Shown here piece after piece: positions 45,443 through 54,670 of a stretch of 64,000 bases of DNA. The notes under the pieces are model-generated. The model did no database searches. It saw only the letters and a program-made list of their open reading frames with translations, and was not told the DNA's origin. The stretch's first letter is position 1. Every line of letters begins with the position of its first letter. The stretch spans positions 74,031 to 138,030 of the forward strand of contig CAZPMS010000003.1 in assembly GCA_964588165.1 (NCBI GenBank), read 5' to 3'. This DNA comes from an uncultured Gammaproteobacteria bacterium (GTDB lineage Bacteria > Patescibacteriota > Patescibacteriia > UBA1558 > UBA10009). A program made the translations under genes and the position numbers.

Positions 45443-45600
45443 AGTTTAATATTTCTTTTAGAAAAATTTTAACTTAGCCTGTCATTCCGAGCCTGCCGAG
45501 GAATCCCGTATTAGATGGTACATACCAGGATAACGGGATCTCTCCGCTTCCCCACCGAATCGGTGGGTTCGGTCGAGATGACAAAGGAGTTAAAACTTTT

Positions 45601-46989
45601 TCATGAAGCCTTCCTTTTCCCCAACACCGCTCTTGGTGTTTTAAATAATATTTGAATATCCAAGCCTAAGCTCCAGTTTTCTACATAATAAGTATCTAGC
45701 CGCACCTCTTCTTCCCAAGCCAGATCGCTTCTGCCTGATACCTGGGCCATGCCGGTTATACCGGGCTTTATGGCTAATAATTTTTTATGACGAACTTGAT
45801 ATTGGGCTACCTCTTGCGGTTCATGGGGCCTGGGCCCAACCAAGCTCATCTTGCCAAAAATGACATTAACCAGTTGAGGAAGTTCATCTAAACTCCACTT
45901 TCTGATAAATTTGCCAAACTTGGTTACCCTGGGATCTGTTTCCATTTTAAATAATGGTCCGTCGGCTCGTTCATTTTGAGTTTGCAGATCAGGTTTTAAG
46001 CTATGGGCATCTTTAACCATTGATCTGAATTTATACATTTTAAACTTTTTACCGTGCGAACCAATCCGTTCCAGCTTAACAATCATCGGACCTTTGGAAG
46101 TAAAAATAACTATTAGACCAATCATTAATAATAATGGTGATAATATGACGAGTAGAGTTAGTGCTAATAAAAAATCAAAAATCCTTTTTAAAATTCGGCC
46201 CCAACCGTCTAATCTGGTCTGCCTAACTTCTATTAAGGGTACCCCGCCGATAGTGGAGAGGTCAAAATTAATCAGCTTAGTTTCTAAAAGTGATGCAGCA
46301 TACTTATAATTAAGATTATGTTCTACGCAAAAATTAACTAAATTGGCTTTTTCACCATTAGGTAAATTTGAATCGGCTAAAATAACATCATCAATTTTAT
46401 TTTCCTTAATTAAATCTGTTAATTGGCCTTCTACCTGTTCGGTAAAACCAGAATAAACACCAACAACCCTAAAACCAAAGGAAGGCTTATGTTTAAATTC
46501 ATCTATAATATCCTGAGAATTTTTGCTGGCTCCAATAATTATAACTTGGCGAATCCCGATGCTTTTTTTATAAAAAATCTTTTTTATGTAATGAATTATA
46601 ACTCTTTCAAAACTAATAATAATTATGGATAAAAGCCAGCCGGTTAAAATAATTAATCTGGAAGAGAATAACTGAAAATTAAAAAAGAAAGCTACTACGA
46701 TAATTAAGGTAGCAGCGCTGCAAGCCACAAAAATTTTAGAAAAATCACTCAGCAAGCTGGTCCGTTTAATATTGTATAGGCCGTTTAAAGCGAAAATCGG
46801 CAGCCAGGCAATAGCCACAACAATAATAATCTGGAAAAAATCCGTATAGCCCATTTCAAACACTACCGGCCTAATTTCGGTAACAAATGATTCAAAACGT
46901 AAAAAATAGGCCAAACTACCAGCCAATAAAAGGGCCAAATAATCCAAAGGGACTAAGATAGCGGTAAATGTCAATTCGAGCTTTTTCAT
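45601..46989 (-). CDS. Polyprenyl-phosphate glycosyl-1-phosphate transferase (WbaP/CpsE-like bacterial sugar transferase), priming enzyme of the glycan locus
   Basis: C-terminal catalytic domain with RSMVKDAH...MYKFRSM and DELPQLVNVIFGKMSLVGPRPHEP; N-terminal multi-TM region. Confidence 0.85.
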   Translation of the reverse strand: MKKLELTFTAILVPLDYLALLLAGSLAYFLRFESFVTEIRPVVFEMGYTDFFQIIIVVAIAWLPIFALNGLYNIKRTSLLSDFSKIFVACSAATLIIVVAFFFNFQLFSSRLIILTGWLLSIIIISFERVIIHYIKKIFYKKSIGIRQVIIIGASKNSQDIIDEFKHKPSFGFRVVGVYSGFTEQVEGQLTDLIKENKIDDVILADSNLPNGEKANLVNFCVEHNLNYKYAASLLETKLINFDLSTIGGVPLIEVRQTRLDGWGRILKRIFDFLLALTLLVILSPLLLMIGLIVIFTSKGPMIVKLERIGSHGKKFKMYKFRSMVKDAHSLKPDLQTQNERADGPLFKMETDPRVTKFGKFIRKWSLDELPQLVNVIFGKMSLVGPRPHEPQEVAQYQVRHKKLLAIKPGITGMAQVSGRSDLAWEEEVRLDTYYVENWSLGLDIQILFKTPRAVLGKRKAS

Positions 46990-47044
46990 AAAGATATAAT
47001 AGCAGATTTTAGCCTATTTTAACATAAAACTCAAATAATCATAT

Positions 47045-47073
47045 TGACAATTGTTTAAATGTGTGATATATTC
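47045..47073 (+). promoter_or_regulatory. Predicted sigma70-like promoter of rnpB (TTGACA-17-TATATT)
   Basis: ttgacaattgtttaaatgtgtgatatatt. Confidence 0.35.
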
Positions 47074-47079
47074 ATTTTG

Positions 47080-47497
47080 CTCATTCAAATTTAGATGATC
47101 GCCCCGACGTTACCCTTATCGGGTAAGCCGGGGAGGAAAGTCCGAACACCAAGGTTTCCCGCTCTTAAGTGGGAGGATAATTGGTAACACCAACCGTTTG
47201 ATCTGTGAGGATTAAATAGGACAAGTGCAACAGAAAATATTTCTATTTGTGGGCCAAAGAGTATACTCTCCGCAAATTAAGAGTGAAAAGGTCAGATGAT
47301 TAGCTGACCCGTTCCTATAGTGATATAGGAAAAGAGGTAAACTTCTATCCGGTGCAATCCCAAATTTGGTAGGGAGCATGATCCCGACGGCAACGTCGGG
47401 GCTAGATAGATGATCATCCTTCGACTCACTTGAGTTCGCTCAGGACAAGTCGTAGACAGAATTCGGCTTATTAATTTGAGTGGGCAATAAAAAACCG
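47080..47497 (+). ncRNA. rnpB: RNase P RNA (bacterial type A-like)
   Basis: P4 5' strand gggAGGAAAGTCCGaacacc and P4 3' strand ACAGAAttCGGCTTAtt. P1 pairing is gctcattcaaatt with aatttgagtgggc. P3-like hairpin gttaccc-ttatc-gggtaa. Followed by an intrinsic terminator. Confidence 0.8.
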
Positions 47498-47550
47498 TTG
47501 TTATTCTAGAATTCAGCTATGCTGAATGATAGAACCTAACGGTTTTTTGT
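47488..47550 (+). terminator. Intrinsic terminator after rnpB
   Basis: aaaaaaccgttg...attcagctatgctgaat...aacggttttttg. Confidence 0.55.
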
Positions 47551-47561
47551 TTTACAAATAT

Positions 47562-48671
47562 TTAAACTGATTCTATAACTTCCAAAGTTTCTTTAGCACA
47601 TTTTTCCCAGCTAAACTGTTTTGCCCTTTCTAAACCTTTATTAATTAAATCTTGCCTTAAATTTTTATCCTCAATAACCTTTTCCATGGCTTCGGTAAAA
47701 CTTTCAATATCATGGGCATCTTTTATAATTCCTGCCTGGCCTACTATTTCTGGTAATGAACCGGAAGAACTGGCAATAACCGGAACGCCGCAAGCCATTG
47801 CCTCTATTGTGGGCAGGCCAAAACCCTCATAAATAGAAGGGTAAACCATAGCTTGCGCTCCACTAACTAAAATCGGTAACTGATCCATTGGCACCCAGCC
47901 AATTTTTTTTATTTCGTTAGTAAAAGGAGAAGCTTTTATTTCAGCGTCTATCTCGTTTTGGAAAGGCGCCTGACTACCTACCAATATTAAATTATGTGGC
48001 CTTCTTACTTTTTCTCTAAAGCGGTTATAAATTCTTATTAAGCCGGTTATATTCTTTCTTAAAGCCAGCCTGCCCACAAAAATAAAATATGGCAAAGTTA
48101 TATTTAACTCTCTTAAATAATTTTTAATTTCATTTTCTGGCGGCCGATACCAGCGGTCATGGTTGCATCCGAGATAAATTACTTTAATTTTCTCAGGATC
48201 AATTTGATGGCGTTCAATAATTTCTGATTTAGTATAATTAGAAACAGTAATAATTTTATCAGCTATCTTAAAAGCTCTTCTGGCACCCTGTTTTAAAGAA
48301 GCCAGTTCCCAGGCAGTATAAGTTTCTGGATATCTTTCATAACCGATATCATGCCAAGTAATTACATTCTTTTTACCGCCAAACAAAGGGAAAGTATGCG
48401 AAGGAATAAATAAAACATCAGGCTTGTTAACTAATATTTCTATACTCATCCTTCCTAATGTCCATAATTTAGAAAAAGGCCACTTTAATATTTTTTCTTG
48501 AAAATTATTGAAAGATGGCCTTAAGTATTCATTTAATTTTTTATCTGTATATAAAATAAATTGATTCTTACGATCAAGTTTAAAAAAATTACTAATAATA
48601 TGGTGTGAATACCACTCTACTCCACTTTTATTAAGTTTATTGCCCCTGGAAGCATCCACTCCTATCTTCAT
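47562..48671 (-). CDS. Glycosyltransferase family 4
   Basis: Preferred start MKIGVDASRG... (the track start at 48722 would overlap mreB); EGFGLPTIEAMACGVPVIASSSGSLPEIVG motif. Confidence 0.8.
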   Translation of the reverse strand: MKIGVDASRGNKLNKSGVEWYSHHIISNFFKLDRKNQFILYTDKKLNEYLRPSFNNFQEKILKWPFSKLWTLGRMSIEILVNKPDVLFIPSHTFPLFGGKKNVITWHDIGYERYPETYTAWELASLKQGARRAFKIADKIITVSNYTKSEIIERHQIDPEKIKVIYLGCNHDRWYRPPENEIKNYLRELNITLPYFIFVGRLALRKNITGLIRIYNRFREKVRRPHNLILVGSQAPFQNEIDAEIKASPFTNEIKKIGWVPMDQLPILVSGAQAMVYPSIYEGFGLPTIEAMACGVPVIASSSGSLPEIVGQAGIIKDAHDIESFTEAMEKVIEDKNLRQDLINKGLERAKQFSWEKCAKETLEVIESV

Positions 48672-48684
48672 AATATTAAAAAGA

Positions 48685-49698
48685 TTATTTGGCAAATAAA
48701 ATGCTTCTTTTATAAGACTCAAGGTTATCCAAAGCTACGCCCGTGCCCTTGGCCACACATAATAAAGATTCGTCAGCTACATACGCCGGCACGCCGGTAA
48801 CCTGCGAAAGCAAGTTATCCATATTCCTTAAAAGCGAACTGCCGCCGGTTAAAACCATGCCTTTATCCATAACATCAGCAGAAAGTTCTGGCGGAGTTTT
48901 AAATAAAACTGACTTCACAGCTGAAATTACGCCCTGAAGTTCATTTTGCAGGGCCTCTGTAACATCATCAGAATTTACTTCAATAGTTCTAGGTAATCCG
49001 GAAATCATATCCCGCCCCCTAATATTCATTTTAAACTTTTCTTCATCATCCAAATACATGGCTGAACCTATTTTAATTTTAATTTCCTCAGCTGTGCCTT
49101 CGCCAATTGCCAAACCATACTTTTTACGGATGAATTCAGCTATTGCAGCATCAAACTTGGTGCCGCCAATCCTGATAGAAGTATTGGCCACAATTCCGCC
49201 TAAAGAAATAACAGCGATTTCTGATGTGCCACCGCCCATATCCACCACCATATGCCCGGAAGCAGAACCAATAGGGATGTTTGCTCCAATAGCGGCAGCA
49301 ATAGGCTCTTTAATAATATAAGCGGCCCTGGCACCGGCTGCTACCGTAGCATCTATTACAGCCCTTCTTTCTGTAGAAGTAATTCCGGCCGGTACAGCAA
49401 TCATTACCTCTGGCCTAAATAATTTTGCTCCGCCTACCGCTTTATTAATAAAATACCTTAACATGCTTTCGGTAGTTTTATAATCGGCAATTACTCCATC
49501 TCTTAAAGGACGTTTGGCTACAATTGTATCTGGTGTTCTCCCTAACATTTCCTTTGCTTCATCGCCCACAGCTAAAACCTTCTTATCTAAAGAAGAAATA
49601 GCTACCACCGAAGGTTCATTAATTATAATTCCCCTTTTGGGAATATGAACCAAGGTATAAGTAGTGCCTAAATCTATGCCGATCTTTTTATTAAACAT
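48685..49698 (-). CDS. mreB: Rod shape-determining actin homolog MreB (paralog 1)
   Basis: [29 protein letters not shown] and [16 protein letters not shown] actin-fold motifs. Confidence 0.9.
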   Translation of the reverse strand: MFNKKIGIDLGTTYTLVHIPKRGIIINEPSVVAISSLDKKVLAVGDEAKEMLGRTPDTIVAKRPLRDGVIADYKTTESMLRYFINKAVGGAKLFRPEVMIAVPAGITSTERRAVIDATVAAGARAAYIIKEPIAAAIGANIPIGSASGHMVVDMGGGTSEIAVISLGGIVANTSIRIGGTKFDAAIAEFIRKKYGLAIGEGTAEEIKIKIGSAMYLDDEEKFKMNIRGRDMISGLPRTIEVNSDDVTEALQNELQGVISAVKSVLFKTPPELSADVMDKGMVLTGGSSLLRNMDNLLSQVTGVPAYVADESLLCVAKGTGVALDNLESYKRSILFAK

Positions 49699-49793
49699 AT
49701 ATCAATTATTTGTTTTGGATAATTTAGTTAGTTAAAATAATCCGTGAGCTATCTGTGATCCATCAGTGAGCTATCTGTGCCTATCCACGAAAA

Positions 49794-50252
49794 TTAATCT
49801 ATCTTTTTCACTTTATAAGTATTGGTGCCGTTTGGCGTTTCTACGCTTGCTATTTCGCCAACTTTTTTGCCAAGCAAAGATTGGCCTAGTGGTGAATCAC
49901 AAGAAAGCATTCCTAGGGTTGGATCCCCCTCATGAGAACCTACAATACTATAGATAATCTCTTGGCCATTAAATTCGGCAGTAACTTTTGAGCCAACCTC
50001 AACATGGCCCTTGCCATTACTTTTAGCCATAATGGAATTTTTAAGGATGTTTTCAATTTCCAAAATTCTGCCTTCCATAAAAGACTGCTCATTACGGGCT
50101 TCTTGATATTCGGCGTTTTCACTTAAATCACCGTGTTCTTTTGCCAGCTCTATTCTTTCGGTAATTTCTTTACGCTTAACATTTTTTAAATTATTAAGCT
50201 CTTCTTCTAATTTTAGCTTCCCCTCTTGGGTTAAAATTGTTTGATCTGTCAT
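49794..50252 (-). CDS. greA: Transcription elongation factor GreA
   Basis: LTQEGKLKLEEELNNLKNVKRKEITERIELAKEHGDLSENAEYQEARNEQ, with the D-SENAEY acidic tip. Confidence 0.9.
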   Translation of the reverse strand: MTDQTILTQEGKLKLEEELNNLKNVKRKEITERIELAKEHGDLSENAEYQEARNEQSFMEGRILEIENILKNSIMAKSNGKGHVEVGSKVTAEFNGQEIIYSIVGSHEGDPTLGMLSCDSPLGQSLLGKKVGEIASVETPNGTNTYKVKKID

Positions 50253-50317
50253 ATAAATTTTATCGTAAATTAATAATTTTTTTATGTCAATATATACACT
50301 GCTAATATAACACTTAT

Positions 50318-52234
50318 TTACAATCTATTTTGCGAATACCAGCTTAAAATATCTCTGGCAATAGGCACAGCAGCTTCTGAGCCATCTCCTCCATTTTCCA
50401 CCAAAACCGTTAAAACTAGCTGGGGGTTATCATAGGGAATAAAGCCGGTAAACCAAGCGTGGGGGGCTTTATTACCGCCAACCTGGGCAGTGCCGGTTTT
50501 TCCAGCTGCCTGCGCCCCTATTTCATATATGCCCCTGGCACTTCCGTTTGTAACTGCCTCTTTCATTCCATTTCTAATTATTTCTATATTTGAAGTTGAA
50601 GCTAAATTCTGGCTAATTATATCTGATTCAACGTTAAATGATTCACCAGTAGATGAATCCACTATCTTATCCAGCAACTGGGTTTTATATAAAGTTCCTC
50701 CATTGGCCACTGCGCTTGTAAATCCAGCTACCTGCAGTGGCGTAACTAAAATATCTCCCTGGCCAATTGCCAAATGAAGTGTATCTCCAGGATACCAAAC
50801 TTCTCCCTTTGTTTCTTCCTTCCATTCTTTAGTAGGTAAAAAGCCTTCTTTTTCTCCTTCTAAATCTATGCCCAAGCTGCTGCCCAAACCAAATTTATCA
50901 AAATAATAAAGCATTTTATCCAAACCCATGCCTTTTTTATCTTCAAATTCTTCTAGAGCCAAATAATAAAAATATGTGTTAACTGATTCTGCTATTGCCT
51001 TAATTATATTTGTATATCCGTGGCCTCCGGCCTTCCAATCAGGAAAAAACCATTTATCATACCAAATGCCTCCTGTGCTATAAAAACTGGTATTCCTAGT
51101 AATTAAGCCTTCTTCCAGGCCGGCCAACCCCATAATAAGCTTAATGGTTGAACCGGAAGGGTATTCTCCGGCTATAAGCCGGTTAAATAACGGTTTAAAG
51201 GGATTGTCTATTAAGCTTTGGTAATCTTCAACCGAAATTCCCTGGCTGAATTCATTGTTATCAAAAGTGGGCCAAGATACAAAAGCCCTAACCTTGCCGG
51301 AATTAGGATCTAAGGCCACAACTGCTCCTGCCTTATAGGGCACTCTGCTTTTTAAAGTTTGATAAATTTTTTCCTGCAAACCTGCATCAATACTTAAAAA
51401 TATATCTTTTCCGTTCCTGGATTCCTCTTCAGCAATAATTTTCATTTCCCTTCCTAAAGAATCAACTTCAATCTGCTGTCTGCCTGGTACGCCCCTTAAT
51501 TCTTCTTGATAATAACCCTCTATGCCCAAGCGGCCGACTTTCTCTGTGAGCAAATAACCTAAATCTAAATAATAATCTTTTTCTTCCTGATTAATCCTAC
51601 TGGTATAACCCAAAAGATGGGCTAAAGCCATGTTTTCTTTATAATTCCTCTGCTGGTCTATTTCTACCTTTAAACCACTGAGATCTTTAATTTTTATTAA
51701 AAGGTCTATAGCTTCTTGGTAAGGCAAATTTTCTTTAACTGGAACCGGCAAATAACTTCCTCTGGCTATGATTTCCTCAATAACCTTTTCTTCTAAACCT
51801 ATTTCTTTAAACAAATTAATTGTTGGCTCTGTTTGTTCCGGATGGACCTTTAATTCATTATTACTTAAAAATAATGTAAAGGTTGCCATGTTTTCAACTA
51901 AAGAAACTCCAAACCTATCAAAAATAATTCCTCTGGCAGGCGTTACCTGCTCTAACCTTAAACGATTTCCTTCTGCCATTGTCCTAAACTCATTTCCTTT
52001 TATAAACTGCAAATAAAACAATTTACCAAAAAGTATTACAAAAATTAATAACAAAAACAATAAAAAATATCTTACTTTTTTTTGAACTATTAAACGGCCC
52101 AGCCATAAAGAATGGCCTTCGCCGACCAAAAAAGATCCGCTGACTTCATTTAGGCGGCTATTATGATCCATTTTACTTTCCTTTAAATTATTAGCCCCAT
52201 AGCGCGAAATAAATGGGTTGTTAGAAAGTTTCAT
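50318..52234 (-). CDS. mrdA: Penicillin-binding protein 2 (elongasome transpeptidase)
   Basis: SGSTIK (SxxK), SVN and KTGTAQ motifs; N-terminal TM and dimerisation domain; located in the mreBCD cluster. Confidence 0.85.
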   Translation of the reverse strand: MKLSNNPFISRYGANNLKESKMDHNSRLNEVSGSFLVGEGHSLWLGRLIVQKKVRYFLLFLLLIFVILFGKLFYLQFIKGNEFRTMAEGNRLRLEQVTPARGIIFDRFGVSLVENMATFTLFLSNNELKVHPEQTEPTINLFKEIGLEEKVIEEIIARGSYLPVPVKENLPYQEAIDLLIKIKDLSGLKVEIDQQRNYKENMALAHLLGYTSRINQEEKDYYLDLGYLLTEKVGRLGIEGYYQEELRGVPGRQQIEVDSLGREMKIIAEEESRNGKDIFLSIDAGLQEKIYQTLKSRVPYKAGAVVALDPNSGKVRAFVSWPTFDNNEFSQGISVEDYQSLIDNPFKPLFNRLIAGEYPSGSTIKLIMGLAGLEEGLITRNTSFYSTGGIWYDKWFFPDWKAGGHGYTNIIKAIAESVNTYFYYLALEEFEDKKGMGLDKMLYYFDKFGLGSSLGIDLEGEKEGFLPTKEWKEETKGEVWYPGDTLHLAIGQGDILVTPLQVAGFTSAVANGGTLYKTQLLDKIVDSSTGESFNVESDIISQNLASTSNIEIIRNGMKEAVTNGSARGIYEIGAQAAGKTGTAQVGGNKAPHAWFTGFIPYDNPQLVLTVLVENGGDGSEAAVPIARDILSWYSQNRL

Positions 52235-52718
52235 AATTTATTTTTACTGCTTTTTTATCAAAAACAGATGATAATAAAATAACTAATAGGCTATTAATTA
52301 CAAAATAATTTATTAAATTTATTATAGATAAATTAAAACTATAAAAAGCTACAGAAGTAAAAAACAAGCTAAAAGCTATAGTAATAAAATAATTAATTAA
52401 CAGGGATGACAATATTCCGCCCATGGTTGATAAAAATTTGGCAAAAAAATTATAACTGGAAATTTGGGAAGTAAATAAATCTAATAAAACAATCAATAAA
52501 AGCAAACTTAAAAGGTTAACTCCAAAAGTACCATACGCTAAATCTAATAATAAGCCTCCCCACCAGGCATAAAACCATCTTAGATAAGAGCGTTTTAAAC
52601 TTAACCAAACAATTAAAACAACAAAAAGGTTAATTATTATCGGCCAGCCAGAGAAAAAACTCTGAAGTAAAAAAACAGCCAAGCTTATTATAAAAGTAGC
52701 AATAACTTTAAGCCACAT
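52221..52718 (-). CDS. mreD: Rod shape-determining protein MreD (by position and hydrophobicity)
   Basis: 165-aa polytopic membrane protein between mreC and PBP2. Confidence 0.45.
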   Translation of the reverse strand: MWLKVIATFIISLAVFLLQSFFSGWPIIINLFVVLIVWLSLKRSYLRWFYAWWGGLLLDLAYGTFGVNLLSLLLLIVLLDLFTSQISSYNFFAKFLSTMGGILSSLLINYFITIAFSLFFTSVAFYSFNLSIINLINYFVINSLLVILLSSVFDKKAVKINYETF

Positions 52719-52721
52719 TTG

Positions 52722-53507
52722 TTAAAAAGATTTAATTATTGATAAAGTCTGCAGGCCCTGATAATTAATGGCTGGTGAAACTCTGGCCCGCTTAAATATT
52801 TGTCCAACTAAACTTTCTACCTCGTTTATTCTGCCAATAAGCAAAGCTCTGGGTATTTTCTCTTCTAAGCCGGAAGTGATAACAATATCATCTTCTTGAA
52901 TATCTTTATCTTGAGGGATTAAATCCACCAACAAACTGTTGCCTACCCGTCCGATTAAAAGACCATTAGTGCCTGTTAAATGGCTTAAACTAACAGCCAG
53001 TTGGCTTTCGATGTTTGTTAAAAGTTCAACATATGCTCTATCTGGCTCCGCCTCCATTATTTTACCCACAATAACCCCTTGGTTAACAGTAGCCGCCAAA
53101 CCCACTTCCAAACCATCATTAGTTCCTTTATTAATTATTATTATCTGGTCATTATACGGCTGCCTGCCAATCACGCTGGCAATTTCAAAAGTAAAATCTT
53201 TTTCTTTTAAAAAATTTAATTCTTTCCTTAAAAAATCATTTTCTGCCTCTAAATTAGACAGTTTAATATAATCTACGCCAAGCCGGGAAATTTCAATTCT
53301 CAACTTTTCGTTTTCATCCATAATTAATCTATAATTCCTAAAACTGGTAAAACCAATGCCCCACTTATAAAAAGTTGATTGCAAAGGTGAAATAAAACTA
53401 ATCACACCTTTCTCTACTGTTCCAAGCCAACCCACGCTATGAAAAAAAATAAGTAGCACAATTACTACTAGGGCGATTAAAAAATAACCTTTTTTGGGCT
53501 TTCTCAT
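52722..53507 (-). CDS. mreC: Rod shape-determining protein MreC
   Basis: N-terminal TM, coiled coil, and beta-domain GLAATVNQGVIVGKIMEAEPDRAYVELLT...DDIVITSGLEEKIPRALLIGRI. Confidence 0.8.
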   Translation of the reverse strand: MRKPKKGYFLIALVVIVLLIFFHSVGWLGTVEKGVISFISPLQSTFYKWGIGFTSFRNYRLIMDENEKLRIEISRLGVDYIKLSNLEAENDFLRKELNFLKEKDFTFEIASVIGRQPYNDQIIIINKGTNDGLEVGLAATVNQGVIVGKIMEAEPDRAYVELLTNIESQLAVSLSHLTGTNGLLIGRVGNSLLVDLIPQDKDIQEDDIVITSGLEEKIPRALLIGRINEVESLVGQIFKRARVSPAINYQGLQTLSIIKSF

Positions 53508-53626
53508 ATCTACTACTAATTACGAATTACTTACTAATATACGAATATACGAATTACGAATCATTAGTATGCTTATACAGATTAGTAACTCGTAGTTTTT
53601 TTTGATGCTTAAAACTTTATTTATAA

Positions 53627-54670
53627 TTAATCTTCAGAGGCAGAAGGCAATAAAACTTCTTTTAGATTTTCTAAATCCTCTAAAACAATCCCCGTTCCCC
53701 TTACAACAGCAGTTAAAGGATCATCTACTAAATGAACCGGCACTCTGGTTTCTTGGGCAATTAATTTATCCAAGCCTCTTAAATTAGCTCCTCCACCAGA
53801 TAAAATTAATCCCCTTTCAAAAATATCGGCAACCAGTTCTGGAGGGGTTTTTTCTAAAGTATCCCGGATAGCTTCTACAATCTGCCTAACTGACCTTATA
53901 ATAGCTTCTCTTATTTGAATATTAGAAACTATTACTTCTTTAGGCAGGCCGGAAATTAAATCCCTGCCTCTCATATTTGTTTCTTGTTTATTATTATCCG
54001 AAGTAACTGTGGCAATCCTTATTTTTATTTCTTCAGCTGTTTTTTGCCCCAAAAGTAAATTAAAATTTTCCCGTGCATACTGGATAATGTTTTCATCAAG
54101 TTCATTGCCGGCAATAGTAAGTGAATTGGAAGTAACCACTCCGCCTAAAGAAATAACTGCGATTTCTGTGGTGCCGCCACCAACTTCTACTATCATAAAA
54201 CCGGATGGCTCTTGAATCGGTATTCTGGCTCCAATAGCGGCTGCCAATGGCTGTTCTATCAAAAATACTTCTCTGGCACCGGCTGACTTAGTGGCATCTT
54301 CTACTGCTTTCCTTTCCACCTCTGTAACATTTAAAGGGATGCCAATAACAATCCTAGGCCTTGGTATTACACTAAAGCTTTCTTGGTGAATTTTATTAAT
54401 AAAATGCTTTATCATTTTTTCAGTAACTTCAAAATCCGAAATTACGCCATTTACCAAAGGAGTGGTGATTTTAATATGGGGAGGCGTTTTGCCTACCATT
54501 TTTTTAGCATCTTCACCAATGGAAATTATCTGATCGTTTCTGGTATTAATAGCCACTACAGAAGGTTCAGAAATTACGATGCCTTTATCCTTAACATAAA
54601 CAAGAGTATTGGTGGTTCCTAAATCAATACCTATATCGTGTGAAAATTTTCCAAAAAGTTTGTTTAACAT
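53627..54670 (-). CDS. mreB: MreB (paralog 2), head of the mreBCD-PBP2 operon
   Basis: [29 protein letters not shown]; [16 protein letters not shown]. Confidence 0.9.
   Translation of the reverse strand: MLNKLFGKFSHDIGIDLGTTNTLVYVKDKGIVISEPSVVAINTRNDQIISIGEDAKKMVGKTPPHIKITTPLVNGVISDFEVTEKMIKHFINKIHQESFSVIPRPRIVIGIPLNVTEVERKAVEDATKSAGAREVFLIEQPLAAAIGARIPIQEPSGFMIVEVGGGTTEIAVISLGGVVTSNSLTIAGNELDENIIQYARENFNLLLGQKTAEEIKIRIATVTSDNNKQETNMRGRDLISGLPKEVIVSNIQIREAIIRSVRQIVEAIRDTLEKTPPELVADIFERGLILSGGGANLRGLDKLIAQETRVPVHLVDDPLTAVVRGTGIVLEDLENLKEVLLPSASED

Noticed and set aside
45477-45600. Possible SRP RNA, tmRNA or 6S RNA
   Set aside because: It lacks the AGCAG/GGAA domain-IV motifs of SRP RNA, the tRNA-like ends and tag ORF of tmRNA, and the long central-bubble architecture of 6S RNA. 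It is kept only as an unclassified structured element.
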